Shown: positions 9,404-19,612 of the stretch, piece after piece
How the letters are laid out: each line of letters opens with the position of its first letter
Position numbering within the stretch: the first letter of the stretch is position 1
DNA from: Polyangiales bacterium
Lineage (GTDB): Bacteria > Myxococcota_A > Polyangia > Polyangiales > Polyangiaceae
DNA: 64,000 bases
Direction: 5' to 3'
Assembly (NCBI GenBank): GCA_038231275.1
Contig: JBBRLQ010000006.1
Location: 32,001-96,000 of the forward strand
The notes under the pieces: model-generated
Databases searched by the model: none
Told to the model about the DNA's origin: nothing
What the model saw: the letters and a program-made list of their open reading frames with translations, nothing else
Made by a program: the position numbers and the translations under genes

Positions 9404-9823
9404 TCAAGGCAGCTCCGGCTCCACCCGCCAGGCCGCGCCTTCGCGCGCGCAGACGACGGTCGCGTGCTCGATCGTTCGATCGCTCCCCACGATGTCCACC
9501 GTGGCGCGGTCGCCGGTCGTGCTCGACGTCATCGTCTTTGGCCGGAATTTCAGCCCGAATCGGCCCTCCGCGAGCATCTCGTACGGCTCGACGCGGCGGC
9601 CCATGCTCCGGCTCGCGCGCTCCGCCCTCTTCTCCAGGTTCGCGCGCGCTTGCGGGCCGAGCAGCTGGAACGCCTCGCGCGACGCGCGCGGATCCTCCGA
9701 CTGCGCCTCCATCTTCTCGAGCCACAGACGCACCACGCCCTCCGGCGTCGCGTCGGGCGCCGGACGCGAGCACGCCGCGACGAGCGCGAGCGTCGCGAAG
9801 AGCGAGGCCGCCCGCGCGCGCAC
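9404..9823 (-). CDS. Hypothetical lipoprotein
   Basis: LVAAC lipobox after GTG 9823, directly downstream of trpS. Confidence 0.7.
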   Translation of the reverse strand: MRARAASLFATLALVAACSRPAPDATPEGVVRLWLEKMEAQSEDPRASREAFQLLGPQARANLEKRAERASRSMGRRVEPYEMLAEGRFGLKFRPKTMTSSTTGDRATVDIVGSDRTIEHATVVCAREGAAWRVEPELP

Positions 9824-9825
9824 GG

Positions 9826-10833
9826 TCAGCCGCCCGGGACCGGCGCGCCGCTGCCGAGGCCCATCGCCGCGCGAACCTCGCGCATCGTGCCTTGCGCGAT
9901 CGTGCGCGCCTTGTCCGCGCCGTGCTCGAGCGCTTTGACGATCCCCTCGGGGCTCTGCGCGGCGCGCTTGGTGCGCAGGGGGACTAGCTCGCGCTCGAAG
10001 TTCTCGAACAGGAGCTTCTTGCAGTCCATGCAGCCCCACTTCGCGCCGGTGCAGTTCTCGACGACCTCGGCCTGCTGCGCCTCCGAGCTCACGGCCTTGT
10101 GCATCGTGAAGATGTTGCAGACCTCGGGCCGCCCTGGGTCGCTCTTGCGCGCGCGCTGCGGATCGGTGAACGCGGGGCGCAGCTTGTTCCAAAAGACCTC
10201 GGGGGTGTCGAAGAGCGCGATCGTGTTGTTCTTCGATTTGCTCATTTTGCCCTGACCGTCGAGGCCCAGGATGCGCGGCGTCTTCGAGAGGCGCGGCTGC
10301 GGCTCGGGGAAGATGTCGCCGTGGCGGAAGTTGAAGCGGCGCACCGTCTCACGCGCGAGCTCGAGATGCTGCACCTGGTCCTCGCCGACGGGGACGACCG
10401 TGGCCTTGTAGAGGAGGATGTCGGCGCTCATGAGCACCGGGTAGGTGAAGAGGGCGGTCGAGACCATCTCCTGGCCCGCGCTCTTGTCCTTGAACTGGGT
10501 CATGCGACCGAGGTCGCCCATCGGCGTCGCCGTCGCGAGGTACCACGCGAGCTCGGTGTGCTCGCGCACGTCGCTCTGGACGAAGAGCGTGCATTTTTCC
10601 GGATCGAGGCCGCACGCGACGAGATCCATCGCGAGATCGAGCGTGCGCTTCTTCAAGTCCTTCGCGTCATACTCGACGGTGATCGCGTGCGCGTCGACGA
10701 CGCAGAAGAGTAGATCCTCCTTCTGCTCTTCGACCTGCTGCGCCCACGTGCGGGTCGCGCCGAGCCAGTTGCCGATGTGGAGCTCGCCCGACGGCTGGAT
10801 CCCGGAGAACACGCGCACTTTTTCTTGGCTCAT
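9826..10833 (-). CDS. trpS: Tryptophanyl-tRNA synthetase
   Basis: SGIQPSG, HIGN, YPVLMSADIL, VPVGEDQ, KMSKS. Confidence 0.97.
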   Translation of the reverse strand: MSQEKVRVFSGIQPSGELHIGNWLGATRTWAQQVEEQKEDLLFCVVDAHAITVEYDAKDLKKRTLDLAMDLVACGLDPEKCTLFVQSDVREHTELAWYLATATPMGDLGRMTQFKDKSAGQEMVSTALFTYPVLMSADILLYKATVVPVGEDQVQHLELARETVRRFNFRHGDIFPEPQPRLSKTPRILGLDGQGKMSKSKNNTIALFDTPEVFWNKLRPAFTDPQRARKSDPGRPEVCNIFTMHKAVSSEAQQAEVVENCTGAKWGCMDCKKLLFENFERELVPLRTKRAAQSPEGIVKALEHGADKARTIAQGTMREVRAAMGLGSGAPVPGG

Positions 10834-10896
10834 CCTGGCCCGGGATTTAGCGCGAAACTTGGCGTTCCGCGAGGGCGTCCCGTTACGATCCCGGGC

Positions 10897-11937
10897 GTGA
10901 AGTCACGCGTGACCCTGTCGTGGCCCCAGAGACCCGAGGATTTCGCCCCTCCCGGCCCCGACGGGCTCGCCAAAGCCGCGGCGCTCCAGCGCGTGCCGGC
11001 GACCGGCGGGAGCGAGCTCGTCTTCGGCGACAACCTGGCGGCGATGCGGATGCTCGGCCGCGAGTGCCCGGGCACCTTCGCCCTCGCCTACCTGGATCCG
11101 CCGTTCTTGACCGGACGCGTGCACGAAGCGATCGACCGAAAGGGGACCGCGAAGGGCCCGGCGCGCGGGCGGCGCGAGGCGTTCGACGATCGTTGGCGCG
11201 ATCGCGCGGAGTACTTGGAGGCGCTGGGCTCTCGCCTGGTGTGCGTGCGTGAGCTGCTCGCGCCGCATGGCTCGATCGTGGTGCACGTCGACCCGAAGAC
11301 GAGCCACTACGTCAAGGTGATGTGCGACGAGATCTTCGGCGAGGAGTGCTTCGCGAGCGAGATCGTCTGGCGCTACCGGCGGTGGCCGAGCAAGACGCCG
11401 AATTTCCAGCGCGTCCACGACGTGCTCCTCCGATACCGCAAAGACGCCGGCAGCCCGCCGCGGTGGAATCAGCTCTACGAGCCGCTCGCGGCGTCGACGC
11501 TCGCGACGTGGGGAACGAAGAAGCAGCGCGCGGTGGTCGGCGCCGACGGAAGGCGCGAGCGATCGTCGACGTTGTCCGTCGCGTCCGAGGGCACGCCGAT
11601 GGGAGACGTTTGGGACATCGGCGTCATCGCGCCGGTCTCGCGCGAGAGGACGGGTTATCCGTCGCAGAAGCCGGAGGCGCTCCTGGATCGCTTGATCCGC
11701 GCGCTCACGCAGCCGGGCGATCGCGTCCTCGACCCGTACGCCGGCAGCGGGACTACGCTCGTGGTCGCGGCCCGACTCGGCCGCAGCTTCGTCGGGATCG
11801 ATCGGAGCGACGTCGCGCGCGAGACGATCGAGAGCCGCCTCGCGCAGGCCGGCGTGACCCTCGCGGCGGGGCTCGGCGACGGCGACGAGAGCCCCCGGAC
11901 GGCCGCCGGGCGGTGTATAGGTGGGGGCCGCAGATGA
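10897..11937 (+). CDS. Orphan N4/N6 DNA methyltransferase (beta class)
   Basis: DPPF before YPSQKPE and DPYAGSGTT; no endonuclease adjacent. Confidence 0.88.
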   Translation: MKSRVTLSWPQRPEDFAPPGPDGLAKAAALQRVPATGGSELVFGDNLAAMRMLGRECPGTFALAYLDPPFLTGRVHEAIDRKGTAKGPARGRREAFDDRWRDRAEYLEALGSRLVCVRELLAPHGSIVVHVDPKTSHYVKVMCDEIFGEECFASEIVWRYRRWPSKTPNFQRVHDVLLRYRKDAGSPPRWNQLYEPLAASTLATWGTKKQRAVVGADGRRERSSTLSVASEGTPMGDVWDIGVIAPVSRERTGYPSQKPEALLDRLIRALTQPGDRVLDPYAGSGTTLVVAARLGRSFVGIDRSDVARETIESRLAQAGVTLAAGLGDGDESPRTAAGRCIGGGRR

Positions 11938-13529
11938 CCCCCATGCCCAAGCATCTCATGGCCGCCGTGGCCTTGCTGGCCATCGGCGCCGGGATCCTCT
12001 TCGTCGCCCCCGCCCAGACGTACGCGATCCTCGTGGCCATCGCCGGCGCGGTCGCCATCCTCTATGCGGGAGCAGGTGGCGGCGCGGCGCTCGGCAGCGT
12101 CTCGGAGGCGGTGCGCAAGGCGGCAGGCGGTGAGCGACCGACCGCGCCTCCTGGCACGACGGGAGATCTCGCGCGTGTCTACGAAGAGCTCGCCGCGCTC
12201 GCCGATCGCCGCGCGAAAGAGGCGAGCGACCAGGCCAAGAAGACCCGCGAGCTCGACGACGCCGAGCACACCCTCGAGGACGTCGCGCGCAAGCTCTCCG
12301 ACGGCGTGACCTTGCAGATCGCCGCCAGCGACGAGGCCACGAAGCTCATTCGCGGCATGACGACGCAGATCACCGAGATCGCCCAGCACGTGGAGGCGCT
12401 CACGCAGAGCGCCGAGGAGTCGAGCTCGTCGATCCTCGAGATGACCGCGACGAACGACGAGGTGGCCGAGAACGTCGGCGAGCTCGCCGGCAGCGTCCGC
12501 GAGACCGTGAGCTCCATCGAAGAGATGGCGTACTCGATCAAAGAGGTCGCCAAGAACGTCGACGCGCTCTCGCTCACCGCCGAGGAGACGAGCTCGTCGA
12601 TGAACGAGATGGACGTCTCGATCGATCAAGTCCAATCGAACGCCAACGAGACGGCGCGCCTGTCCGAAGAGGTCGCCCTCGACGCCGAAAAGGGCGCAGA
12701 AGCGATCCTGAAGACGATCAGCGAGATCTACCGCATCAAAGAGTCGAGCCAGGAGGCCGTCGCGGTCATCTCGAACCTCGGCTCGCGCATCGAGGCGATC
12801 GGCCAGATCGTCAACGTCATCGACGACGTCGCCGAGCAGACGAACCTCCTCGCGCTCAACGCCGCCATCATCGCCGCGCAGGCCGGCGAGCAAGGCAAGG
12901 GCTTCGCGGTCGTCGCCGACGAAATCAAGGATCTCGCCGAGCGCGCCGGCACGAGCACGCGCGAGATCACCGATCTCATCAAGACGGTGCAGTTCGAGAG
13001 CAAGAACGCCATCAGCGCCGTCGAGCGCGGCGCTCACAACGTCGATCGCGGCGTCGAGGTCTCCAACGAGGCGGAGCGCGCGCTCAAGAAGATCCTCGAG
13101 AGCTCTCAGAAGTCTACGAACATGGTCCGCGCCATCGCGCGCGCGACGGTCGAGCAGGCGAAGGGGAGCAAGCAGGTCACCGACGCGATCGGGCGCATCG
13201 CCGAGACGGTGCAGCAGATCGCCGCGGCCACCGCGCAGCAAGCGCGCGGCTCCGAGCTCATCATGAAGAGCGCCGAGAAGATGCGCCTCATCACGCAGCA
13301 CGTGGAGCGCTCGAGCCAGGAGCAGGCGCGCGGCGGTCGTCAGATCACCGGCGCGATCGAGAACATCTCGAGCATGGTGAACCAGCTGAACGCCTCGCAG
13401 CGGACGCAAGCCCGGGGCGGCGAGCAGCTCGCTACGGCCGCGTCGCGCTTCGAAGAGAGCGCGCGGACCCAGGAAGCGTCGATCCGGCTGCTCCAGGGGG
13501 CCTTCGAGCGTCTGAAGCGCAGCCTCTGA
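11934..13529 (+). CDS. Methyl-accepting chemotaxis protein
   Basis: Two adjacent N-terminal TM segments, [30 protein letters not shown] hairpin; ATGA overlap with the MTase stop. Confidence 0.93.
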   Translation: MTPMPKHLMAAVALLAIGAGILFVAPAQTYAILVAIAGAVAILYAGAGGGAALGSVSEAVRKAAGGERPTAPPGTTGDLARVYEELAALADRRAKEASDQAKKTRELDDAEHTLEDVARKLSDGVTLQIAASDEATKLIRGMTTQITEIAQHVEALTQSAEESSSSILEMTATNDEVAENVGELAGSVRETVSSIEEMAYSIKEVAKNVDALSLTAEETSSSMNEMDVSIDQVQSNANETARLSEEVALDAEKGAEAILKTISEIYRIKESSQEAVAVISNLGSRIEAIGQIVNVIDDVAEQTNLLALNAAIIAAQAGEQGKGFAVVADEIKDLAERAGTSTREITDLIKTVQFESKNAISAVERGAHNVDRGVEVSNEAERALKKILESSQKSTNMVRAIARATVEQAKGSKQVTDAIGRIAETVQQIAAATAQQARGSELIMKSAEKMRLITQHVERSSQEQARGGRQITGAIENISSMVNQLNASQRTQARGGEQLATAASRFEESARTQEASIRLLQGAFERLKRSL

Positions 13530-13629
13530 TTCGGCGCCGCCGTGTGCGGCGGAGTCCGTGAATGTCGTTCCGCGCAGCCGAAGGTCGCCGTAGGGTTGGG
13601 CGCCGCTGAGCGGTAAGATGAAAAGCGGT

Positions 13630-15390
13630 ATGACCGACGACGCGCCTCCCAGCTCCGTCCCGTCACCGACCCCTGGTCGGCGCCTCGGGAGGTACTGGCT
13701 GATGGCCAAGCTTGGCCACGGTGGGATGGCCGACGTGTACCTCGCCACCGCGCGCGGCCCCTCGGGGTTCAACAAGCTCACCGTCCTCAAGGTGCTTCGA
13801 CCGCACCTCGCCGGCGATCCGCATTTCTTGACGATGTTCCTCGACGAAGCGCGCCTCGCTGCGCGCCTCAATCACCCCAACGTGGTGCAGACCAACGAGG
13901 TCGGCAATACCGACGACGCGCACTACCTCGCCATGGAGTACCTGGAGGGGCAGCCGCTCTTCCGCATCAGCGCGAAGCTGCGCGCGGCCAAGCGAATCGA
14001 GCTCCCGCACAACCTCCGCATCTTGTGCGACGCGCTCGCCGCCCTGCACTACGCCCACGAGCTGTCCGACTACGACGGCACCGCGCTGTCGGTCGTCCAC
14101 CGCGACGTGAGCCCCCACAACTTGTTCGTGACCTACGCCGGGCAGGTAAAGCTGCTCGATTTCGGCATCGCGAAGGCGCTCACCTCGGTCGCCGAGACGA
14201 GCCCCGGCGTGCTCAAGGGCAAGGTCACGTACATGGCGCCGGAGCAGGCGTGGGGCGAGCAAGTGGACCGGCGCGCCGACGTCTTCGCAGTCGGCATCAT
14301 GCTCTGGGAGGCGCTCACCGGGAGAAGGCTCTGGCTGGAGTCCGAAGGCAACGTGCTCCAGCGCCTCGTGAACGGCAAGATCCCGTCGCCGACCACCGTC
14401 GCGCCCTGGGTGCTTGAGCGGCTCGAGCAGATCACGATGAAGGCGCTCGCGCTCGACAAAGAGGACCGCTACCCGACGGCCGCCGCGTTTCGCGCGGATC
14501 TCCTCGACGCGCTCGAAGAGCTCGGGCGCCCGGACGAGGATGCCCTCTCTCGTCTCGTGGTCGATCTCTTCGCGTCCGATCGCAAGGCGATCCGCGCCGT
14601 CATCGACGAGCAGCTCCGGCGCGTGGATCAAGAAGATCCGAACGGGGCGATCGCGTCGCTGCCGAGCCTCGATCAGGTCGGGGGCTCGGCGAGCGGGGCG
14701 AGCGCGGGAAGCGCCGGCAGCGCGGGGAGCGGCGTCAATGCGTCGAGCGGCCCGGCCGAGCCCACGCGATCGACGAAAATCGAGTCGCGTTCGGTCACGC
14801 TCTCCGCGCGTCAACGCGCCCCTTCCTCCGCCCGCAGCCGGCAGCTGATGGGCGTCGTGATCCTCGGCGGAGTCGTCGCGGTCGGCGTGACCTTCGCGGC
14901 GATGCGACGCTCGCCGACCGAGCCTATCGGGCCGGCGACGATGACGGTCGAGGCCGCGCCGCCCCCACCGAGCAAGGTGCAGATCCAGATCGTGGCGTCG
15001 CCACCGGAGGCGCGGATTTTCCTCGACGGCAAGCCGCTGCCCTCGAACCCGTACGCGGGGAGCGAGCTCTCCGACAGCGCCGAGCACGAGCTGCGCGCCG
15101 AGGCGGACGGGTACGCCGCGACGACACGACGCGTGACCTTCGACGCCGACGTGAGCGCCGTGCTGCGCCTCGACAAGATGGCCGCGCCCGACGCGGGGGC
15201 GGCGACGAACGTGGTCGCGCGCGGCGCTCCCTTGGCGCCGGCGGGCGGACGTCGTCCACCGAACGGCGCGCCGTCCGGTTCGCCGAACACGTCGCCCACG
15301 GGCAGCGGCGCGCCTTCGGGGGGAGCGACCGGCGCACCGACGGCCTCCGCGCCGGGTGGCCTCGACTGGAAGGATCCGTGGCAAAAGTGA
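13630..15390 (+). CDS. Hanks-type Ser/Thr kinase with TM helix and C-terminal PEGA-like domain
   Basis: GHGGMA, HRDVSPHN, DFG, YMAPEQ; TM; PPEARIFLDG; ends WKDPWQK; alternative start 13618. Confidence 0.92.
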   Translation: MTDDAPPSSVPSPTPGRRLGRYWLMAKLGHGGMADVYLATARGPSGFNKLTVLKVLRPHLAGDPHFLTMFLDEARLAARLNHPNVVQTNEVGNTDDAHYLAMEYLEGQPLFRISAKLRAAKRIELPHNLRILCDALAALHYAHELSDYDGTALSVVHRDVSPHNLFVTYAGQVKLLDFGIAKALTSVAETSPGVLKGKVTYMAPEQAWGEQVDRRADVFAVGIMLWEALTGRRLWLESEGNVLQRLVNGKIPSPTTVAPWVLERLEQITMKALALDKEDRYPTAAAFRADLLDALEELGRPDEDALSRLVVDLFASDRKAIRAVIDEQLRRVDQEDPNGAIASLPSLDQVGGSASGASAGSAGSAGSGVNASSGPAEPTRSTKIESRSVTLSARQRAPSSARSRQLMGVVILGGVVAVGVTFAAMRRSPTEPIGPATMTVEAAPPPPSKVQIQIVASPPEARIFLDGKPLPSNPYAGSELSDSAEHELRAEADGYAATTRRVTFDADVSAVLRLDKMAAPDAGAATNVVARGAPLAPAGGRRPPNGAPSGSPNTSPTGSGAPSGGATGAPTASAPGGLDWKDPWQK

Positions 15391-16406
15391 GGCGGCGCTA
15401 CGCCGCGCCCTTGCTACGCCTGGCGGCGGTCCTCTCCATCGCCGTCGCGGCGGCAACGGCCAGCGCCGCAGACGGCGATGCGAAGCCCGCGGCCGAGGGC
15501 GACGCCGCCGATCCCGCTGTCGCGAAGGCGCGCGAGCACTTCGCGCGCGCGCAGCAGCTCTACGACGAAGGGCACTTCGAGGCGTCGCTCCTCGAGCTCC
15601 AGCGCGCGTACGAGGTGAAGCCGAGCTGGCGCCTCCTCTTCAACCTCGCCGAGCTTCGCTTCACCGTGCACGACTATGTCGGCAGCTTGAGGACGTTCGA
15701 GCGCTTCCTCGCAGAAGGCGGCGCCGAGGTCGACGCCCCGAAGCGCGCGGCCTCGGAGAGCAAGCTCGGCACGCTCCGGAGCCTCGTCGGATCGGTGAAG
15801 ATCGCGACGAACGTGGCGGGCGCCGTCGTCTACGTGGACGACGAGCCGATCGGAAAGAGCCCCCTCCCGCCGACGATGGTGAGCGCTGGGCGCCACAAAA
15901 TCGCCGCCACGCACGACGGGTATCGCCCGACGACGAGCGCGGTCGCCGTGCTCGGGAGCGAGGAGACGAAGGCGGAGCTCACGCTCGTCGCCGAGACCTC
16001 GGACCGCCCGGGCGGCGCGCAAGACACGCCGTCGAAATGGACCGTCCTCTCGTGGGTCGGCGTCGGCGCCGCCACCGCCCTCGCGGTCGGTTCGGTCGTG
16101 ATGTTCGCCGCGGCCTCCAGCGCGAGCACCGAGCTCACGCAGATCACGTTCGTCGGCGCGACGCCGTCCGCCGAATACCAGAGCAAGGAGAGCGAGATCA
16201 CGCGCGACCGCTGGATCGGCGTCTCGCTCGCCGCAGCCAGCGCGATCACGCTCGGCGCCACCCTCTACCTCACGCTGACGCGAACGCCTGCGCCGCGCGC
16301 GGCCGCGCCTTCGCCACCGGCCACGCCTTCGTCCGCCACCTCGATCCCCTCGCTCGCTTTCGCCTTGAGTCCTCGCGGTCTTTTTCTCGATGGGAGGTTT
16401 CCGTGA
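15387..16406 (+). CDS. Secreted TPR + PEGA domain protein with C-terminal hydrophobic segments
   Basis: Signal peptide, AREHFARAQQLY TPR-like helices, GAVVYVDD...GRHKI PEGA; GTGA overlap with kinase stop. Confidence 0.85.
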   Translation: MRRRYAAPLLRLAAVLSIAVAAATASAADGDAKPAAEGDAADPAVAKAREHFARAQQLYDEGHFEASLLELQRAYEVKPSWRLLFNLAELRFTVHDYVGSLRTFERFLAEGGAEVDAPKRAASESKLGTLRSLVGSVKIATNVAGAVVYVDDEPIGKSPLPPTMVSAGRHKIAATHDGYRPTTSAVAVLGSEETKAELTLVAETSDRPGGAQDTPSKWTVLSWVGVGAATALAVGSVVMFAAASSASTELTQITFVGATPSAEYQSKESEITRDRWIGVSLAAASAITLGATLYLTLTRTPAPRAAAPSPPATPSSATSIPSLAFALSPRGLFLDGRFP

Positions 16407-17941
16407 AATCTGGAACGATGCTCCGCGCCCTCTCGACCACGTTGATCGCGCTGCCGCTGGCCGTCGCATGCTCCTCTTCGGGCGGCGCGAAGCTCGGCAT
16501 CGGCAGCGCGTGCACCTCCAACGACCAGTGCACGAACACCTCGTGCAGCGACGGCGTGTGCACGAAGGCCTGCTCGACCGACCTCGACTGCCCCGCCCCG
16601 TCGTTCTGCGCGAAGGGCCTGTGCCAAGTGCCGCTCGTCGTCGGCGCGATGTACAGCGGCTCGGCGTCGGAGACCGAGGGGTGGACGTTCACCAACCACA
16701 AGAGCCTCCTCGACGCGAAGGACGCTCTTCCGTACATGAAATTCCTGCCGCCGAAGGAGCAGGTCTTCGGCGGGAATCAGCCGCCGCTCATCGCGCCCGC
16801 GGTCACCGATCTCATCGACAACCAGCACGCGAACGTCATCGTCGCGACGTCGAGCGATCAGGGCAAGGAGCTCGAGGCGATCGCGCCGAACTACCCGAAC
16901 GTGAAGTTCGTCTACTACAAGGAGCCGGGGTCCAACTACTTCCCGAAGGACGTGAAGACCAACAACATGTCGATGTACACGACGAGCATGGAGCCCGTCT
17001 GGTACGTCGCCGGCAAGGTCGCCATCCAGAGGACGCACGCCAAGCGCCTCGGGTTCATCGGCGCGTACATCGGGCCGTCGGTCATCAACGTCATCAATGC
17101 CATCACCCTCGGCGCGCGCAGCGAGGATCCGTCGGTCGTCGTCGAGGTTCGCTGGGTCGGGTTCTGGATCGATCTCAACAGCACCGCGCAGTTCCCGTAC
17201 CGCGGCAGCAGCTACTTCCGCGAAGATCTCCTCGCGCAGCAGCTCGCCGAGGGGGGCGCGGAGGTCATCATCCAGAACGGCGACTCCAACCGCCCGATCC
17301 GGCTCATCGACGCGCGCAAGCTGCTGACGGGCATCGACACGACGCCGGCGGCGCAGCGCAAGCCGATCTACACGATCAGCACGAACTACCGGTACTCGTG
17401 GAAGGACCTGCAGTCGAACAGCCCCTTTTCGACATGCCTAGGCTCGGCGTACTTCAACTTCACGCCGTACCTCACCAGCCAGATCGATCAGATTCACAAG
17501 GGGACGTGGACGCCCACCGACTTCCGCGGATTCATCGAAGAGAACACCGACACGAGCATGAACGCGTTCGAGCCCAATACGAGCGCCGGCATCGACGACG
17601 CCAACGTGCGCAAGGTCGAGTTCAGCTTGAAGGGCGAGGGCGGCTTCGAGACGACGTTCAAGGGCCCGTACGCGGCCACGGGGCAAATGGACCTGAACGA
17701 CGACGGCGTGTACGACGCCGACCAGAGCGTGAAAGACGGGCAGATCCTGTCGCTCGCGCAGATCCAGCACACGTGCTGGTTCGTGAAGGGCGTCGTCGAA
17801 AAATCGGTGAACGACGACACCGAAGCGTCGCCGCAGAGCCCCGACCAGGACGCGTTCGTCCCCGATGACAAGCACCCGGCGCTGAACAAGAGCATTCCGG
17901 TGCCGCCCGGCTCCACGCTCAACTGCCGAAAGAATTTCTGA
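16403..17941 (+). CDS. Lipoprotein: Cys-rich N-terminal module plus BMP-family substrate-binding domain
   Basis: LAVAC lipobox, 8-Cys module, GWTFTNH, LGFIGAY, NAITLGAR, WVGFW; GTGA overlap with upstream stop. Confidence 0.8.
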   Translation: MKSGTMLRALSTTLIALPLAVACSSSGGAKLGIGSACTSNDQCTNTSCSDGVCTKACSTDLDCPAPSFCAKGLCQVPLVVGAMYSGSASETEGWTFTNHKSLLDAKDALPYMKFLPPKEQVFGGNQPPLIAPAVTDLIDNQHANVIVATSSDQGKELEAIAPNYPNVKFVYYKEPGSNYFPKDVKTNNMSMYTTSMEPVWYVAGKVAIQRTHAKRLGFIGAYIGPSVINVINAITLGARSEDPSVVVEVRWVGFWIDLNSTAQFPYRGSSYFREDLLAQQLAEGGAEVIIQNGDSNRPIRLIDARKLLTGIDTTPAAQRKPIYTISTNYRYSWKDLQSNSPFSTCLGSAYFNFTPYLTSQIDQIHKGTWTPTDFRGFIEENTDTSMNAFEPNTSAGIDDANVRKVEFSLKGEGGFETTFKGPYAATGQMDLNDDGVYDADQSVKDGQILSLAQIQHTCWFVKGVVEKSVNDDTEASPQSPDQDAFVPDDKHPALNKSIPVPPGSTLNCRKNF

Positions 17942-17998
17942 GCGGCGAGTTTTTTTTCCCACGAATGAAGAATCGGGAGGGTCGCGGGTAGTAGTGGC

Positions 17999-18730
17999 AT
18001 GCCCGTCTTCCAGCACTTCGTTCGCCGCGCCGGTCTGGCACTTCCCCTCTGCGTTGCGCTTCTCGCGGGCTGTCGTTCGCCGCCGCACGAAGAGACCATC
18101 GAGCTTCGCACGTACGACGTCCCCAAGGGGACGGCGGGCACGCTCGTCACGACCATCAAGGACGTGATGTGGATGGGCGAGAACAAGCTGGTCGGCCGCG
18201 CCGTCGTCACTCCCGACGGCAGGCTGGCGGTGCTCGCGACGCCCAGCGTTCAGACCGGCGTGCAAACACTGATCGATCAGGTCGCGAAGAACCCTGCGAT
18301 TCCGGAGCAGACGATCGAGCTCCACTACTTCTTGATGGTCGGCAGACCCGCGCCGTCCCCGCAGCCCTATCCGTCCGGCGTGACCGAGATCAAGGCGGGC
18401 TTGGACGAAATTGTTCGGACGCAGGGGCCCCAAACGTTCACGCTCGCGCAACGCGTCGCGCTCTCGTCGCTGAACGACGAAGAAGGCCGGCTCGACAACT
18501 TCGAGGACAAGCTCGAGATCCGCCAGAAGCCCGTGCAGACCAGCGAGGGCGTCTACGTCAAGCTCGGGATCCGGTGGAAGGAAGACAAGGTGGAGACGCG
18601 CGTGCAGCTCGGAGCCGAGCGAATCGTCGTGCTCGGCGCCACTGCACAACATGCCGCCGGTGCTCCGGACGGGAGCACGCTCTACTATGTCGTCCGAGTT
18701 GCGCCGCGCGCCGATGCCAAAATCCCCTGA
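17999..18730 (+). CDS. Lipoprotein, secretin-N-like hypothetical
   Basis: LAGC lipobox; GRLAVLATPSVQTGVQTLIDQV resembles the secretin N repeat. Confidence 0.6.
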   Translation: MPVFQHFVRRAGLALPLCVALLAGCRSPPHEETIELRTYDVPKGTAGTLVTTIKDVMWMGENKLVGRAVVTPDGRLAVLATPSVQTGVQTLIDQVAKNPAIPEQTIELHYFLMVGRPAPSPQPYPSGVTEIKAGLDEIVRTQGPQTFTLAQRVALSSLNDEEGRLDNFEDKLEIRQKPVQTSEGVYVKLGIRWKEDKVETRVQLGAERIVVLGATAQHAAGAPDGSTLYYVVRVAPRADAKIP

Positions 18731-19244
18731 TGGCGGCGCGCTCGATCAAGCCGCCCTGGAGCAGCTCTACGTGAAGCTCGAGAAGCCGATCTACAACGTC
18801 GTCTATCGCTGGCTGTGGAACGCAAACGATGCGCAAGAGGTCGTGCAGCAGGCGTTCCTCAACGTCTGGAAGGCGCGTGATCGCGTCGACATGACGACGA
18901 TCGAGCCGCTTCTCTATCGGACGGCCCTCAACCTCGCGTCGAACCGCCGGCGCTCCAGGCGGTTGTGGGGTTGGCTCGGCATGGAGAGCGCGAGCGAGGT
19001 GCCGAGCGACGCGCCCTCGCCTGCAGAGGCATTGGCGGAGGCGCGCAAGAGGGTGCGCGTCCGCGCCGCGATCGAGGCGCTTCCAGAAAAATTGCGGCAG
19101 GTTCTGATGCTGTCGGAGTACGCAGAGCTCTCGTACGACGAGATCGGGACGACGCTCGGGATCCCGGCAGGCACGGTCGGCTCGCGCCGCGCGACCGCAC
19201 TCGCGCGGCTGACCGAGGCGCTCGCCGAGAAAGAGGAAGCATGA
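18714..19244 (+). CDS. ECF sigma factor
   Basis: DAQEVVQQAF region 2; LPEKLR...SYDEIG...GTVGSR region 4. Confidence 0.9.
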   Translation: MPKSPDGGALDQAALEQLYVKLEKPIYNVVYRWLWNANDAQEVVQQAFLNVWKARDRVDMTTIEPLLYRTALNLASNRRRSRRLWGWLGMESASEVPSDAPSPAEALAEARKRVRVRAAIEALPEKLRQVLMLSEYAELSYDEIGTTLGIPAGTVGSRRATALARLTEALAEKEEA

Positions 19245-19597
19245 ACCCCGACGACATCCTCGAGCGGCTCGAGCCGCCGCCCGGCGGACTCGCCAAGCTG
19301 CGCGCGCTTCTCGAGTCTCGACCAGGCGTTCTGCGTCGCCTCGCGCCGCCGATCGCGGTTGCCGTCGCGGTCGCAGCGATCGTCCTCCTTTTCGTGGGAC
19401 GGCGCCGCGCGATGGATCCGCTCGCGGAAGCGCGCCGGCAGGGAAACGGCGCGGAGGTTGCGCTTGGTCTCGCGCCGGTGCCGAAGGCGCCGGTCATCGT
19501 CGATTCGGATTCGCGCGGGACGACAGCGCTCGCGCGGGTCGAGTCGGCGGATCCCAACGTCGCGTTTTACTGGGTCAGCTCCACAGAATGGCACTAG
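19241..19597 (+). CDS. Putative single-TM anti-sigma factor
   Basis: ATGA-coupled to the ECF gene, one TM helix, 118 aa. Confidence 0.6.
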   Translation: MNPDDILERLEPPPGGLAKLRALLESRPGVLRRLAPPIAVAVAVAAIVLLFVGRRRAMDPLAEARRQGNGAEVALGLAPVPKAPVIVDSDSRGTTALARVESADPNVAFYWVSSTEWH

Positions 19598-19612
19598 GTC
19601 GGCGCCGCGCGT

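Noticed and set aside
10897..11937. Type III restriction-modification or other defence system
   Set aside because: No Res helicase, nuclease or other defence gene adjacent.
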